From: Camelus ferus
Lineage: Eukaryota
Reading direction: 5' to 3'
DNA: 64,000 nt
Assembly (NCBI RefSeq): GCF_009834535.1
Contig: NC_045697.1
Location: forward strand, 80,044,001-80,108,000
Below, piece by piece: positions 26,308 to 40,265 of this stretch; the first letter of the stretch is position 1; the number at the start of each line of letters is the position of its first letter. The translations under genes were made by a program, and so were the position numbers. The notes beneath the pieces are model-generated. The model was given only the letters and a program-made list of their open reading frames with translations. It did no database searches and was not told the origin of the DNA.

Positions 26308-29300
26308 ATGATGAGACAGAATCTACAGAAACATCTGTCCTGAAAAGCCACCTGGTTAATGAAGTTCCTGTCCTAGCGAGTCCGGACTTGCTCTCTGAAG
26401 TTTCTGAGATGAAACAGGATTTGATCAAGATGACCGCCATCTTGACCACAGATGGATCTGACAGGGCAGGTTCCATTAAAGTGAAGGAGCTGGTGAAGGC
26501 TGCTGAGGAGGAGCCCGGAGAGCCTTTTGAAATTGTTGAACGAGTAAAAGAGGACTTAGAGAAAGTGAATGAAATCCTGAGAAGTGGGACCTGCACCAGA
26601 GGTGAAGGCAGTGTGCCGAGGTCTCAGTCAGAGAGAGAATTAGTGGAAGAGGAATGGGTTATTATCAGTGAGGAGGAAATAGAGGAGGCTAAGCGAAAAG
26701 CACCTTTAGAAATCACTGAATATCCATGTGTCGAGGTTAGAATAGATAAAGAGACCAAAGTCAAAGGAGAGAAAGACTCAACGGGGCTAGTGAACTACCT
26801 TACTGAGGATCTAAATTCCTACAAGTCTCCCCACGAAGAGCAACCGCAGACATTGCATGACCTGGCAGGGGAGATGTGTGAGTCCCAGGGTCCTGACAGG
26901 AGCTCTGAAAGCAAAGGGAAAGGTGCCCCCTCTGAGGAGACACAGAGTACACAGAAACAGCCCAAACCCAGCCTGGGAATCAAGAAGCCAGTGAGAAGGA
27001 AATTAAAAGAAAAACAAAAACAAAAAGAGGATAGTTTACAAGCTAGTGCAGAAAAAACTGAACTTAAAAAAGAGAGTTCAGAAGAATCATTAGATGAAGA
27101 CCTCGGTTTAGCCCCTGAGCCTCTTCCCCCCGTAAAAGCTACGTCACCTTTGATAGAGGAAACTCCCATTGGTTCCATAAAGGACAAGGTGAAGGCCCTT
27201 CAGAAACGCGTGGAAGATGAACAGAAAGGGCGAAGCAAGTTGCCTGTCAGGGTCAAAGGCAAAGAGGATGTGCCCAAAAAGATAAACCACAGGACACATC
27301 TTGCTGCGTCCCCCTCCCTAAAATCAGAGAGGCATGGCCCAGCATCACCCTCCTCTAAAACAGAAAGACACTCTTCTCTTTCCTCCTCTGCAAAAGCCGA
27401 AAGGCACCCTCCGGTATCACCATCAAGTAAAACTGAGAAACACTCACCTGTGTCACCCTTGGCCAAAACTGAAAGGCACTCTCCTTTGTCATCGTCAAGT
27501 AAAACTGAGAAACACTCCCCCGTGTCTCCCTCAACAAAAACTGAAAGACACTCCCCCGTGTCCTCTTCTACCAAAGCAGAAAGACACCCACCAGTCTCAC
27601 CTTCAGGTAAAACAGACAAACGCCCACCTGGATCGCCCTCTGGGAGAACAGAGAAACATCCACCAGTATCCCCGGGCAGAACAGAAAAACGCTTGCCTGT
27701 ATCACCAGCTGGAAGAATGGAAAAGCATTCGCCTGCATCGACCTCTGGGAAAACTGAGAAGCACCTGCCTGTGTCACCTTCTGGGAAAACAGACAAGCAA
27801 CCACCTGTCTCTCCCACCTCAAAAACAGAAAGAATCGAGGAGACGATGTCTGTTCGGGAGTTGATGAAAGCTTTCCAGTCAGGTCAGGACCCATCCAAAC
27901 ATAAGACTGGACTCTTTGAGCACAAGTCAGCCAAACCAAAACAGCCACAAGAGAAAGGCAAAGTTCGGGTAGAAAAAGAAAAGGGGCAGGTAGTAACCCA
28001 GAGAGAAATGCAGAAAACAGAGAGTCTGACAATCAAACGAGGCCAGAGATTCCTGGTCACAGGACCCTCAGAGTCCAGAAGAGCGGTTCGTGCTTCCTTC
28101 ATAGGGTTTAAGAGAGAAGACGTAGCTGGAGAGGAGAAAGTGCTCAACCACAAAACACCTGAACCTGTTCATCCAGCACCTGAAGGAGAAAGTCATAAAG
28201 ATAGTGAAGCCCCTAAAGAAAAGCTGGCTGATGAACAGGGAGACATGGATCTCCAGATCAGCCCAAACAGGAAAACCTCCACTGACTTTTCTGATGTCAT
28301 TAAGCAAGAATTGGAAGACAATGACAAATACCAGCAGTTCTGCCAGAGTGAAGAGACTGAGAAGGCGCAGCTCCACTTAGACCAAGTGCTCACTAGTCCT
28401 TTCAACACAACATTCCCACTGGATTACATGAAGGATGAGTTCCTCCCAGCTCTGTCTCTACAGAGCAGCGCTCTAGCCGGCAGTTCCGAAAGCCTAAAGC
28501 ACGAAGGGGTAACAGGTTCCCCATGTGGCAGCCTGATGGAAGGGACCCCTCAGATTAGTTCAGAAGAAAGCTATAAGCATGAGGGCCTGGCAGAGACCCC
28601 CGAGACCAGCCCAGAAAGCCTTTCTTTCTCACCAAAGAAAAGCAAGGAGCAAATTGAGGAAGCAAATGGGACTACCAAGTTAGAAACATCACCAGAGATT
28701 CACTCTGAAAAAGAACATCCATCAACAAAGGACATTACAGATGGCTCTGAAGGGCAAGGGGACGCAGTCACAGGGGCCAAGGAGCCCTCTGCTGAGCCTT
28801 TGCTGAAGGAAGCCGCCCTAGACCCTTCTAAAGACACTAGCCCCCAACAAGGAAGTGATTACCTTGGCAGTCAAGGTGTGTCATTAGCAAAAGAAACATC
28901 CAAAGGACTGACTGAGGAAGTGTCCTGTGATGAAGGTCCACTTACATATGTTAGTTCACCCCCCGAGACACAAACTGATATGAAAGTTCAGGAGTCCTCA
29001 ACCACTGAGCCCTCAGATGAGACAAAGACATCACCACTGCCTGATGTTGCTGTCAAGACAGACCCAGGGACTGAATCAAAGCCCCAGGGAGTCATTAGAA
29101 GTCCCCAAGGGTTAGAACTTGTACTCCCTAGCCGTGACAGTGAGGTCTTCAGCCCTGGGGCTGATGAATCATTTGCAGTGAGTCACAAAGACTCCCTGGA
29201 AGCCAGCCCTGTGCTGGAGGATAATTCCTCACACAAAACTCCTGATTCTCTGGAACCGAGTCCTCTGAAAGAATCTCCATGCCATGACTCTCTTGAAAGC

Positions 29301-32300
29301 AGCCCTGTTGAACCAAAGATGAAGGCTGGAATTCTCCCAAGTCACTTTCCTCTTCCTTCAGTCGTTGCCAAAACAGAAATCTTCACAGAAGTGGCCTCTA
29401 TGCGGTCCCGGCTGCTCCGTGACCCAGATGGCAGTGCTGAGGACGACAGCTTTGAACAGACGTCACTCATGGAGAGCTCAGGGAAGAGCCCCCTTTCTCC
29501 TGACACCCCCAGCTCCGAAGAAATTAGCTATGAGGTCACACCCAAAACCACAGATGCAGGCACACCAAAACCAGCTGTGATTCCTGAATGTGCGGAAGAA
29601 GATGACTCAGAAAATGGGGAGAAAAAGAGGTTCACACCCGAAGAAGAAATGTTTAAAATGGTAACCAAAATCAAAACGTTTGATGAACTTGAACAAGAAG
29701 CAAAGCAGAAAAGAGACTACAAAAAAGAACCCAAGCAAGAAGAATCTTCTTCATCCTCTGACCCTGATGTTGAGTGTTCAGCAGACATGGATGAACCAAA
29801 ACATACAGAGAGTATAGAGGATGAAAGCGATGTCCCTGTTGTAGTAACATCAGAGGGCAGGAAGGCTTCTTCCTCCTCAGAGAGTGAGCCTGAGCTGACA
29901 CAGCTGAAAAAAGGTGCTGACTCAGGCCTTTTATCAGAGCCAGTTATTCGAGTACAACCTCCTTCCCCACTTCCATCCAGCCAAGACTCAAATTCCAGTC
30001 CTGAAGAAGTACAGTTTCAGCCTATCATTTCCAAACAGTATACGTTTAAGATGAATGAAGATACTCAAGAAGATTCAGGTAAATCAGAAGAAGAAAAAGA
30101 TGGTGAACCTCATTTACGTGAAGACAGTTGTACGGTTGCCACTGACGGCCCAGAGATGTCTTATGATGATCGAAATGGAGATGCTGATCAACCAGAAATC
30201 CACGAAGGCCATGGGTGTGAGGCTGGGAGTCCTAGCAGCTCAGCCACTCTGGTCTCTTCAGGTCTCCACAGTGCCACTGGTGATGATGTCAGTGAGCAGC
30301 TCATTATCCATAAGGAATCATTAGCTCTCCAAGATGCTGGTGAAAGAGAAACAGAAGGAGAAGAGCTTGATGTTTCTAGAGTTGAATCTCTACAAGTAGA
30401 TTACCCCAGTGAGAGCTCTTCATCTTTGTCCTCTTTGCCTCATTGTCCAGCATCTGAAGGAAAAGAATTAGATGACGACATAGTCTCTCCATCTTCTACT
30501 ACAAAAATGGAGGTCACAAAAACTGACCAAGCTTTTGAGAGTGTACCAGAGGACTGTTCCACTCAAGACTCATTCATCACTACTCAGACAGATAGGTCGT
30601 CCTTGGATGTTCCAGTGTCCAACCCAACAGAGACTGATGAAATCTATGATCCTCAAATCATAAGCCCTTATGAAAATGTTCCTTCCCAGTCTTTCTTCTC
30701 TAGTGAAGAAAGCAAAACCCAAACAGATGTGCAACCCACAAGTTCTCACTCTTCTGAAGTGTATTCTGTTACTATTACATCCACTATTGAAGACGGAGTA
30801 GTGACAAGCTCCTCTGATACACCTGTTTCAAGCAAAGAATCTAATTTTGAGGACCAGAACTTGGAAGCAGAATGCAAACAAGAAAGTACCTCATGGGAAA
30901 TGCAGCCAGATAGAGCCCCCTCATCTTCGAAGCCAACTGTACCAACTTCATCAACAGTCGTTGGTGAACAGATAAGCAAAGTCATCATCACAAAAACTGA
31001 TGTGGATTCTGATTCCTGGAGTGAAATCCGTGAGGATGATGCAGCCTTTGAGGCACGAGTAAAAGAGGAAGAGCAAAAGATATTTGGTTTGATGGTAGAC
31101 AAGCAATCACAGGGTACCACCCCAGACACCACTCCTGCTAGGACCCCAACTGAAGAGGGGACCCCAACCAGTGAGCAAAATCCATTTCTCTTTCAGGAAG
31201 GAAAATTGTTTGAGATGACCCGAAGTGGTGCCATTGATATGACCAAAAGGTCTTATACAGATGAAAGTTTTCACTTTTTCCAAATTGGGCAAGAATCCAG
31301 GGAAGAGACTCTCTCTGAAGACGTGAGAGAAGGAGGTACAGGCACTGAGTCCCCACAGCTGGAGACATCAGCTGAGTCATTAGCACTCTTAGAATCAAAA
31401 GAAACAGCAGGTGATGAAGCAGACTTACTCCCAGATGACATGAGTGAGGAAGTAGAGGAAATACCCGCTTCAGAGGCTCAACTTAACTCTGAAATGGAAA
31501 TTTCAGCCTCCATGGAAACACCAGTGAAAGAGGCTCCTTCTGCAGGGGCTGAGGACCTTCCTGCTACGCAAATGAGTGATACACCTCCTCTGTCCAGTGT
31601 GAAGGAGACAGCTTGCCCTGACTCCCCTGAACCAGTTGTACAAGTTCAGTTAGATTTTTCCACAGTCACTAGGTCTGTATATTCAGATAGGGATGATTCT
31701 CCCGATTCTTCCCCAGAGGAACAGAAATCAGTCATTGAAATCCCTACTGCACCCATGGAGAATGTGCCTTCCAGTGAAAGCAGATCGAAAATCCCCATAA
31801 GGACTATACCCACTTCAACCTCAGCACCTCCATCTGTGGCGTATGAGAGTTCCCTTTCTGAAGATTTTCTACCCAGCCTGGATGAGGAAAGTAAAGAGGA
31901 TGAAATAAAACCAAAGTCTAAAATCCCCGTGAAAGCGCCCGTCCAGAGAGTCGAGCAGCAGCTTTCACATCTAGACTCATCTCTACAGAAGACAGTGGCT
32001 CCTCAGGGACAGGACATGACAAGCAGAGCACCAGATAGTAGAAGCAAATCTGAATCTGATGCCAGTCCTTTGGACACAAAGGCCAAAAGTCCAGTAAACG
32101 CTAGAAGTTATGTTGAGACAGAAACAGAGAGCGGAGAGGGGGCAGAGGAGGCTGAGTTAGAATCAGAAGAAGAAGCCACAAGACCAAAGATATTTGCATC
32201 CCGCTTGCCAGTAAAGAGCAAAAGCACCACATCTTCCAGCAGAGGGGCCACGAGCCCCACGAAAGAAAGTAAGGAGCACTTCTTTGACCTTTACAGGAAC

Positions 32301-32562
32301 TCCATAGAATTCTTTGAAGAGATTAGTGATGAGGCTTCCAAGTTAGTGGACAGACTTACACAGTCAGAAAGGGAGCAGGAATTAGTTTCAGATGATGAGA
32401 GCAGTAGTGCCCTGGAAGTTTCAGTAATTGAAAATCTACCACCTGTTGAGACCGAGCACTCACTTCCCGAGGACATCTTTGACACAAGGCCCATTTGGGA
32501 TGAGTCCATTGAGACTCTGATTGAACGCATCCCTGATGAAAATGGCCATGACCATGCTGAAG
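26308..32562 (+). CDS. ANK2: ANK2 giant neuronal exon (exon 38-equivalent, 6255 nt, 2085 codons) of 440-kDa ankyrin-B
   Basis: Uninterrupted ORF 26250..32606; atcaaag acceptor before (N)[16 protein letters not shown]|gtattt donor after ENGHDHAE; symmetric phase 1-1, so it can be skipped. Confidence 0.97.
27309..27836 (+). repeat. Coding tandem repeat, ~15 copies of a 12-aa (36-nt) unit SPS(S/G)KTE(R/K)H(S/P)PV
   Basis: Visible in translation and DNA (repeated aaaactgaga/aaaacaga); boundaries approximate. Confidence 0.9.
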
Positions 32563-34104
32563 GTATTTGCCAGCCACTGGGATTCCCTGTGCTCCGCATG
32601 TCATAAATTTAATATAGTTTTTTTGTACGTCTGTTTTAGTTGGTGGTTTGTGTCTCATTTTCTTTAAGCCTTCTGTGGTGGTTACTATGTTTGTGTAAGC
32701 CCTTTGTGTTTTGTGCTTTCTCTGTATACTCTTGTCTGTGGAAACAATCTCAAGATTGAGTAATGAGAATGCTTATGGAAAACATAAACATGATTGGCAG
32801 GCAACGGGGGTCTTGCCTTTTCTCTAGCCACTGCACGTGAGGCCATGCAAGCTTTGAGTTTTGTTGTTCTGAAGTTCCAGGCTTAACTTCAAATTAAACA
32901 AATGAATATTCTTGGTCTTGTTTCATATTATGAGAATTCATTGCTTTTTTTTCTTTGTGTACTTTAAAATAACTTGCACTTAACAATTTTGTGATCATTA
33001 GGAAGCCATTTGTACAAGATTTCACATATCATGAAATTCCAATTGTTGTGGATTTGTTTTTGATTCAGAAAGGTTGGATTTCAAATACCATTGGTAAACA
33101 CTTTAAGCAAATAGACATAAGGTAAAAACATGCTTTTCATTTATGCTGTAGAGGAATGGAGAATGTCCTCTGATTAGATGCAGCAGACAACAAAAACTCA
33201 AACTTTGCATGATTTAAGTTGACTGTGAGGGGATGATGATTCTTTGAATTATAAAAAAAAAAAAAGAAAGAAAACCATAGATGGCTCTGAGAAGCTGCCT
33301 CTGATCTTCTAATATCTCTATAATAAAGACTATTATTCTTAAATTGGGATTATAAAAAATGTCATGATACCTTGACATAAAATGCTGCCCATCAATTAAT
33401 GGGGGTTAAAAAAAGAAGGAAAGTTACAGTTTGTAGGAATATATGAGCTTACTTAGTAGTAAGCAGACAGAAACTTTGCCCAGAAGACACATATACATAC
33501 TAATATACGCAGACAACTGTGTGCACTTTATTGTTCCTTTTTCCAAGGCCATCAGGACCAAGGCAAATGTTGTTTCTGGCCATACTGAAAAAAGCCAGGA
33601 TGGTTTGATTAACCCACGATCTAGGTCTCTTGTGAATGTTGGATGTGATTTCTTTATGATATGACTCGGAAGTGATCTATACTGCCATGGGCAATAATAG
33701 GGAGTCCTAACCAAATTACTCCATTTCTACATCCTGTTTATGATTTTTCTGGTGTTCAGTGAGCAAGATGGTTGTCTTCTGGTGGGCAGTGTCCTCTCAG
33801 ATAATTCAAAAGGAAAGTCCTAAGATCACTAGAAATCAATAACTCATATAATTTATGTCCAATGACTAGTCTTGATTAAAGAGATATGGAAGTAGATGGT
33901 TTTCTTGATTTTTTATTAGATTTATTCCCCATTCCACTCCAGAAGTCAGGCAAACACAGAATTTAATGTGATTTAAAATGTGCTAGTTAATTTGTGCTAT
34001 CATCGAATATTTGGACACTTGACTTCTTTTCTTTGGATGATCGGTACTGTGGTTCCACTCGTGTCATAGACAACCGTTGGCCATTCTGTTTTTGACCTTT
34101 GTAG

Positions 34105-34179
34105 ATCAACAGGCTGAGCAGGAACGGATCGAGGAAAGGCTGGCTTATATTGCTGATCACCTTGGCTTCAGCTGGACAG
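34105..34179 (+). CDS. ANK2: ANK2 exon 39-equivalent (75 nt), death domain start: [24 protein letters not shown]
   Basis: ctttgtag acceptor, CAG|gtaaaa donor. Confidence 0.96.
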
Positions 34180-35214
34180 GTAAAATGAGTTGACCCATTT
34201 TTTCAACAAAAACTGGTTGGTTTAAATGACATAGTTGCATCAGCCAAGTGTCATTAACAATGAAAAAGGTCTCTTTTTTTCTTTCCTTGAGGAGGACCGC
34301 GTGGAATGGTGAAAAGAATAATAAAGTATGAACTAGAAAACCCAAGCACTACATTGACTCACTGTGTGAACTAGGGCAGGCTTTTCATTGTCTCTTGCAT
34401 TTTGAATAATAGAACTTTAGACTGGGAGATTTTGAGAATATAACAACCCCCACCACCCTCCTTTCAGAGCTGTGGATATCTAAACCTTAGGGAGATGACT
34501 CTGTTTCAAAACCATTGTTAGATGTTATTGTCATAAAATTTAATTTGAGATTCAACCTGGGCTCCTTGTTTTAGATACCTTGTGTCAGGTATCTTCTTCA
34601 TGAACAGTACTAAAATTTACTTCTGATGAATGTTGAAATACATATGAATGAGATGTTCACAAATTTTCCGAGAAATGAGAATGTTTAAGTTTAGAAATTA
34701 TGTGTTAAATAATTTTTAAGGGAAAGTGAATTCTAAAATCAATATGAATTATTTACAAATCGTGATTTGTAGGTTTTAAAAATTATGCCCTTTAATCTTT
34801 CCTGTGATTTAACATTATTAAAGCTAGATTGTCAGTCTAGCTTTTTTCCTTTTTCTTTTTTTGGTCCAACTTCCTTTTATGTCACTTGTGACTACTTAAT
34901 AAAACAAACAATATAAAGTTAATGTTGATCTTTTTTCAGTTTCTTGAAGATTTGGTCATGAATAGGAGATAGGAGTCATAATATCCTTAATAAAAAATTG
35001 ATAATGTAGAATAATGACTGAAACATTTAAAAGTAGTTTTTAAGTACTGATCTGACTTATTTAATTGAGGGATTTAGGGGAAGAAAGGACATCAAAATAT
35101 TCCTGGTTGACCTGTTAAATAGGTAACATTCAGAATTATTTATTTTGCCTCTTAAGTATTTATATGTGTGTGTGTATATATATATATTTTAAATGTAATA
35201 TCTGTTATAGTTGG

Positions 35215-35700
35215 TGAAAATTAAAATTCTGCAACCACACTGAATAGTATAAGATGAAAAATAAATGTCTCTCGTACCCACATCTGGTCTTTGAGCCCCA
35301 TGCCTCAAAGGGAACTGCTAACACTCTCATGTGTTCAGAAAAAAATCTGCAGTGCCCACATCTATGCCTATTATTTAAAAATAAGCAAAATTTCATTTAA
35401 CAATATTCAGCATAGAAATATCTGTCATTCTTTTAAATGGCTATTTAATTCCACTGTATGGAGTTACCATAATTTTATCAGTGGCCTTTGTTGATGGATA
35501 TTTAGGTGTTTCCTGTTAGTGGCAATAAACATCTTTGTGCACTGGTAGATTTTTATGGGTATATCTTATAGGGCATATTCCTAGAAGGAAAATTGCTGTG
35601 TAAAGTATATGTATATTTTTAATTTTGAAAGATATTGGCAAATTTCCCTTCAAAGAGGACACCTCATTTACACACACCTCCCCTTGCCCCACAATGTATA
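35215..35700 (-). mobile_element. Degraded L1ME-like fragment
   Basis: ttgatggatatttaggtgtttc, cctagaaggaaaattgctg motifs; boundaries approximate. Confidence 0.55.
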
Positions 35701-36290
35701 AGCATCCGTAGAGAATGTTAATGGTAGACTTTACAGGAAAACTTTGTGGCTTCCTCCCTAGGTCAATTAATGCTTCCCAGACCTTTTATTCATGTGACAT
35801 CCAATCAAAGAAAGGAGTTTATCCAACCACCATAATATAGCAATAACCAGTATTTATCCAGGTGCCCAGAAACAGGATTTATAGTATTTAAAACATCACC
35901 TAATGATAATTAAAAGTGAGACATGGTCTATTTCTACTGTTTTCAGTCATTTATTTTCCATTATCTTGGTTAAGAGTATGAGCTGGTATTAAGGGTCTTT
36001 TCCACATTTTGGAAGTAAATGGCCCTGAATTTACATACTTTATCATCGTTGCCTCAAACTTACTATTTAAACTATGACAGTGATCAATTCTATACCCAAT
36101 TTTAAGGAAAATACCTGCAGTTAGTGCTAGAAGAACAAAGGCATATGAGCATCGCTTCTAGTAAGTAGAAAACAATAAAGGAACTCTTACAGTAACACTG
36201 AGAACACATCATTTACAGAATCACAAGGCAAGGTGTAGAGACTCAAACCTTGAAGTTAGTGTATTTACAAAGGAGCATCTTCTCTTCTAG

Positions 36291-36422
36291 AATTAGCAAG
36301 AGAACTGGATTTCACCGAGGAGCAAATTCATCAAATTCGAATTGAGAACCCTAACTCCCTTCAGGACCAGAGTCATGCGCTTCTGAAGTACTGGCTAGAA
36401 AGGGATGGGAAACACGCTACCG
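36291..36422 (+). CDS. ANK2: ANK2 exon 40-equivalent (132 nt), death domain: [44 protein letters not shown]
   Basis: tctcttctag acceptor, CCG|gtaggt donor. Confidence 0.96.
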
Positions 36423-37006
36423 GTAGGTGGGGAGCTTATGTGAGGGCAGTAGGCCAAAGGTAGAAATAAGTCTTGTTCCACAAACCTTTTATGTGGATTC
36501 AGTAAAATAAGAAAAAAACAAATGCCATCAATCTGAAGTGCTTCTCTAAGCAAAAGAAGCTATCACATTTCTCAAATGTGCGTGTTGCATAAAAATTCTT
36601 GTACCGTGTTCCCGTGAACAGCATTGACTAGTGGAATGTGATACTGGCACTGGCTGCTCACAGTAGTCACAAAAGTCCGAAAACTTTCTAAGTATCGATA
36701 GCCAGCCAAATTGCTTTATTAGTCATTGTTTTATTGATGATGCATTACCTTCAGTTCCTGCTTCTCTTACTCCTAAATGACTAAAATGGGGGAGAAATGT
36801 CAGGTAGATATTCTTTATAATGATTTATATGTGATATTCTGACCATATCAAATAAAATGAGAAGTGATACTGACCATAACCGCTTCTCATCCTCAGCTGG
36901 TCTAAATTTGCCACTTCCTTTTATGTCTCTTGGAAGGTCTACCTGGAGACCTCTCTGATTCACATCCAGCCCACATTCATCTTTCCTTCTGTTACCATTC
37001 TTCTGG

Positions 37007-37194
37007 TAGGATTGCCAGTTTTAGCAAATGAAAATAGAGAGCAGCCAATTAAATCTTCAGATAGTCAACAAATACTTTTCTAGAAGTATATCCCATACAA
37101 TATTTGAGATATACTTTTACTTGTAAAAAAATATTTGTTTTTTGTTTAAAATTCAGATTTGGCAAGGTGTCCTACGTGTTCTCTGGCAACTTTA
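37007..37194. mobile_element. MER53-like palindromic hAT MITE
   Basis: taggattgccagttttagcaaat ... ctctggcaacttta termini and internal dyad symmetry. Confidence 0.8.
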
Positions 37195-37447
37195 CTTTTA
37201 GGGCTTGTGCCGTGCTGTGCCCCCCTCCTCTTTTTGTGTGCGTCTCTGATTGGTCTGTTTGCTTATTTTTACAAAGACCCTTAATTGGGCTTTGGTTGTT
37301 TCCTGTACATATATCAAAATTTTAGTAAATTTTTCCTGCGTTTAAAATAGTTCACACACAAAAAATAATTCAGTGAGAATAAATGAAAGAGATTTTTTTA
37401 AAGAGTACCCTTTAGATGTAATAAATGGTTTTTCTCTAACATCCCAG

Positions 37448-37591
37448 ATACCAGTCTCATTGAATGTCTCACCAAGATCAACCGAATGGATATTGTTCAT
37501 CTCATGGAGGCCAGCACAGAGCCCCTCCAGGAGCGCATCAGTCACAGCTACGCAGAGATTGAACACACAATCACCCTGGATCACAGTGAAG
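37448..37591 (+). CDS. ANK2: ANK2 exon 41-equivalent (144 nt): [48 protein letters not shown]
   Basis: atcccag acceptor, weak AAG|gtcgaa donor; phase fits both neighbours. Confidence 0.93.
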
Positions 37592-37785
37592 GTCGAACAA
37601 TTCATGTGTGTCTGAGTGTCTGCTATGTATGGTTAATTCAGGCACCTGGACCTGTCCTCCACTGTCTTCCTATTTTTAGAAGGCAGACTGTGGCCTTTGG
37701 TAATACGATCTTCTCCTGAATACTTTGAGGCTTCCCTGCCCATTTTAGATGCCCCAACAGTGCTCATTCTTTGTTATTTCATCAT

Positions 37786-38150
37786 TGTCTGAGTCATCAT
37801 GGGCTGATACAACAAAATACCATAAACTGGTTGGCTTAGACAGCAGAAATTTATTTTTGCACAGTTCTAGAGACTAGAAGTCCAAGATCAGGGTGAGATC
37901 GTGGTTGGGCTCTGGTGAGGGCTATCTTCTGGACTGTACAAGGCTGCCTTCCTGCTCTGCCCTCACGTCGGGGAGAGCGAGCGAGCTAGGCCTCATATCT
38001 CTTCTTATAAGGGCACTAATCCCATCCATGAGGGCTCTACCCTCATGACCTGATCACTTCCCAGGGGTACCACCCCCAAACACCATCACACTGGGACTAG
38101 GGTTTCAACATACGAATTTTGAGGGGACCCAAACATTCAGTTCATGACAA
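37786..38150 (-). mobile_element. MaLR solo LTR (MLT1A-like)
   Basis: aacaaaataccataaactgg..., agtccaagatcagg, ggcactaatccc, tttcaacatacgaatttt. Confidence 0.85.
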
Positions 38151-38329
38151 CCATCAAAAAGGATGCTCCATCCAACGCCCTTTCCTCTGCTCCCTGACAG
38201 CACTTCTGATACTTGCGTCTTTTCTCCACCTTAATGACCCATTCCTATGCCCACAACCAAAACTAAATCATTATCAATGACTGTACTACTTCCAGTGAAG
38301 CATTACACTTGCTTCCTCTTTTGCCTTTT

Positions 38330-39705
38330 TGCAGTAATTCTCCAAACCCACTGGGACATCCAGTGGTCCTACCACCTTTTCAGTATTAAAGTTTCCCTAA
38401 TCCACCCTCATTCATTTCCATGCTCACTTACTCTCCTTCTTTTTCTCCTCCTTTTTCTCCTTCTGATACTCACGCATCACTATTTTTGCACCTTTTCTTC
38501 TTTCAAGCCTCCAGCATTTCTCTCCTTTTTATTTATTCCAACCTGATGACCACATTTAGTATTTCTTAGAAAAAATAGGAATAACCATAAGCAAATGTCC
38601 ATATTCTTTCACCACAAAAATCTCCCAACCCAAATGCATCTCAGTGTGTATACTCTGCCTTCCCTTCTCTATGCAGTGTCCTGGCTTTGCTAAAACCATT
38701 ATCTCTTTCCTTGCATAGGATCTCATCCCCTTTTACCAACCATGGACTAATTTACTTCTGCAATTATCTACTCTGGCTTCCTACCAGTAGACCCTGCTCC
38801 ACAGCATCAAAATATGCTTTAATAGAGCCCAGCTTTAAAAATAAAGCAAAGCAAATGACTCCTTTCACTCAGTGTGCTCTCCTGTATAATCACTGTTTCT
38901 CCATCCATTATGTAGGAAATCTCTTCCAGAGAATAGTCTTTCTTTCCATTCTCTCCAGAACTGTCACTAGAATTCCGTAGCAGGTTTTGTCACCCCCACT
39001 GGACAAAAAGAATCCTGCACAATTCACTAATTGTTTCCTCATTGCCAAATGCACTGAACAATATTGTCTTATCTTCCTTTACCCCTTAGTAACATTTGAC
39101 AGAAAAAATTAGTCCCTTGTTCTGGAAACATTTTCTTCACTCACTTTCCACGATACCTTCTCTTCTTGGTTTTCCTTTTCCCCTATTTTGCAGGATATTC
39201 TTCCTCAGTCTTTCTGCAGCTCTTACTTTCCCTAGATTTACATGATGCCATGTGTTACTGAGCACCAAGAATCTCGTAGCGTGTCCCACCTCCCGTCCCT
39301 CCCTCCTTCCCGAGTCCCTGACGCCTGGCCTCTGGGCTGTTCCCTGGGCACCCGACACATTCTTGGGCTTCAGGGCTCTGGTGCTTTCTGTGACCTCCAT
39401 TCTGGAGTGTTCACCAGGTACCTTTTGCTCTCACTTTATTTGCGCCTCTGCTCAAGTATCACCTCCCAAGACAAGCCTGTCCTGACAGGTCTACCTAAAG
39501 TACTGACCTGATTTACTGTGTATCTTTACCCTGGGTTTCTTGTCTCCTAAAAGTTATCATAAGCATGCATCTGCAGAAATCCAAGTTCAGTGAGGCCAGA
39601 AGTTTCTTCTGTCTTACTCACTGCTATGTATCCAGCATCTAAACAGCACCAATTACACAGTCAATACTCGATATATATCTGTTAAGTGAATAGATAGACA
39701 GATGC
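38330..39705 (+). mobile_element. Degraded L2 LINE fragments
   Basis: catttgaca...aaacattttcttcact...cttggttttcc and a 3' end near 39600-39700; boundaries approximate. Confidence 0.6.
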
Positions 39706-40265
39706 ATGTCAATCACACCTCTTTCAATGACTCCTCATTGCCCTGGATATAATGAAATAAGAAACCCTCCATAAAAAGAGTGCTAACATCAGAGTGTTGT
39801 TTAATTCAAGTTACTACTTGCAAAGCACTTAGAACATTGCCTGACAGAGAGTAAATATTCAGAACATGTTAGCTATTATTAATTATTATTATTATTAACT
39901 ATTATTAACTTTCTTCTTACCACATAGATTCTGTGCCTTAACTGTTGCAGTTGATATCTGCTTACCATTAGATCTGCTTAAGATGTCACACTCTCTGCAT
40001 TTCCTTTCCTGAGTCTTTAACCCTGAGTTGGATGCTCCCTCATTCATTGACTGGCAGCTGTGGCCCAGCCGCTCTGCATTTTAGTATCCCTTACTTCCTG
40101 AGCTTCCCAAGATGGTCAGCATCGTGAAGGCAGAGACAGTGCCTCCTTCAGCTTTATAACAATGGACCTATCACAGATGTGGCATGTAGCAGTTACTTAA
40201 TAAGTACCCACTTAATATTGTTTAGCTTCAATTAAATGCATAATTTAAATCGTTCTCCCCTGTAG

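Noticed and set aside
26297..32658. Many antisense and alternate-frame ORFs overlapping the giant exon (e.g. 27200..27817, 205 aa)
   Set aside because: Shadow ORFs arising from biased, repetitive codon usage; no recognisable domains
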